From IMG/VR virus record IMGVR_UViG_3300029821_000021, positions 1-32,910 of that record: a stretch of DNA of 32,910 nucleotides. The stretch is one strand, 5' to 3'. Made by a program: the position numbers and the translations under genes. This document shows positions 32,792 to 32,910 of this stretch, piece by piece; position 1 is the stretch's first letter, and each line of letters opens with the position of its first letter. This DNA is from a virus. The notes beneath the pieces are model-generated. The model searched no databases. It was not told the DNA's origin and saw only the letters and a list, made by a program, of their open reading frames with translations.

Positions 32792-32910
32792 TTTTTGCGC
32801 ATTAAAGCAAAAAAATAGGGAAGCAGATAAAAATCTACTTCCCTAAATTTAGCCATTCTGGTGCGCCATCACGGACTCGAACCGGGGACCCAATGATTAA
32901 GAGTCATTTG
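32784..32910. repeat. Terminal direct repeat, copy 2 (identical to 1..127)
   Basis: 127/127 identical to the window start. The copy ends at the last window base. Confidence 0.97.
32859..32910 (-). tRNA. Partial tRNA-Lys(CUU) 3-prime portion, second copy (inside the terminal repeat); truncated by the window end
   Basis: Identical to 76..127. If the window is an integrated prophage, the 5-prime half of the host tRNA would lie just beyond base 32910. Confidence 0.7.

Larger units (their letters stand above)
1..32910. mobile_element. Complete temperate siphovirus-like phage genome (circular contig or att-bounded prophage); unique length 32783 bp
   Basis: Contiguous lysogeny, replication, accessory, packaging, HK97-type head, non-contractile tail and lysis-position modules. 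Bounded by an exact 127-bp direct repeat carrying a tRNA 3-prime fragment. No sheath-sized gene lies between the head-tail genes and the tape measure. Confidence 0.85.

Noticed and set aside
1-32910. Alternative genetic code (TGA as Trp), considered because of the missing endolysin and the Mollicutes-like features
   Set aside because: The genes are long, contiguous and tightly packed under the standard code. TGA serves as the stop in several ATGA overlaps, for example 30488..30491, 27553..27556 and 1608..1611.
1-32910. Diversity-generating retroelement, retron or other reverse-transcriptase-based system acting on the tail genes
   Set aside because: No ORF shows reverse-transcriptase motifs, and I saw no template/variable repeat pair near the tail-fibre-like modules.

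Overview
The window is visibly AT-rich, roughly one-third G+C by eye. It reads as one complete temperate siphovirus-like phage genome with an HK97-type head and a long non-contractile tail. Bases 1..127 are identical to 32784..32910, so the unique sequence is a 32783-bp circle, or else a prophage trimmed exactly at its att repeats. The repeat carries the 3-prime ~52 nt of a tRNA-Lys(CUU) plus that tRNA's terminator, and TTTGACACC arm-type repeats flank it next to a tyrosine integrase, which is a classical attP layout. The plus strand carries only a CI-like HTH repressor (30920..31321) and the integrase (31448..32758). Everything else is one tightly packed minus-strand array, running from high to low coordinates. 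It begins with a Cro-like HTH and a second, small XerC/D-like tyrosine recombinase translationally coupled to it. Next comes the replication module: a replisome organizer with internal iterons and a G39P-like loader, but no helicase. About 25 small accessory genes follow. They include a PcfK/PcfJ-like pair, a Cys-rich::MazG-like fusion, a DUF5131 (Gp37/Gp68) protein with a CX3CX2C motif, a degenerate HNH homing-endonuclease-like protein and a two-domain DnaN-like clamp homolog. Then come a sigma-region-4-like late regulator, an HNH endonuclease and a candidate cos region. The structural genes follow in order: TerS, TerL, portal, prohead protease, major capsid, head-tail joining genes, major tail, G/GT chaperone with an A_AAA_AAC -1 frameshift, tape measure, a large Dit-like fusion and a Tal-like protein with a lipobox-like leader. 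A lysis-position cassette and a self-contained moron next to attP close the array. The most unusual points are listed here. No peptidoglycan hydrolase is recognisable anywhere in what appears to be a complete genome. There is a second catalytically intact tyrosine recombinase in the early lytic operon. There is a truncated two-domain beta-clamp homolog. There is a cluster of Cys-rich/metal-binding accessory genes. All family assignments come from motif recognition by eye, with no database search, and should be treated as hypotheses to confirm with HMM or structure searches.
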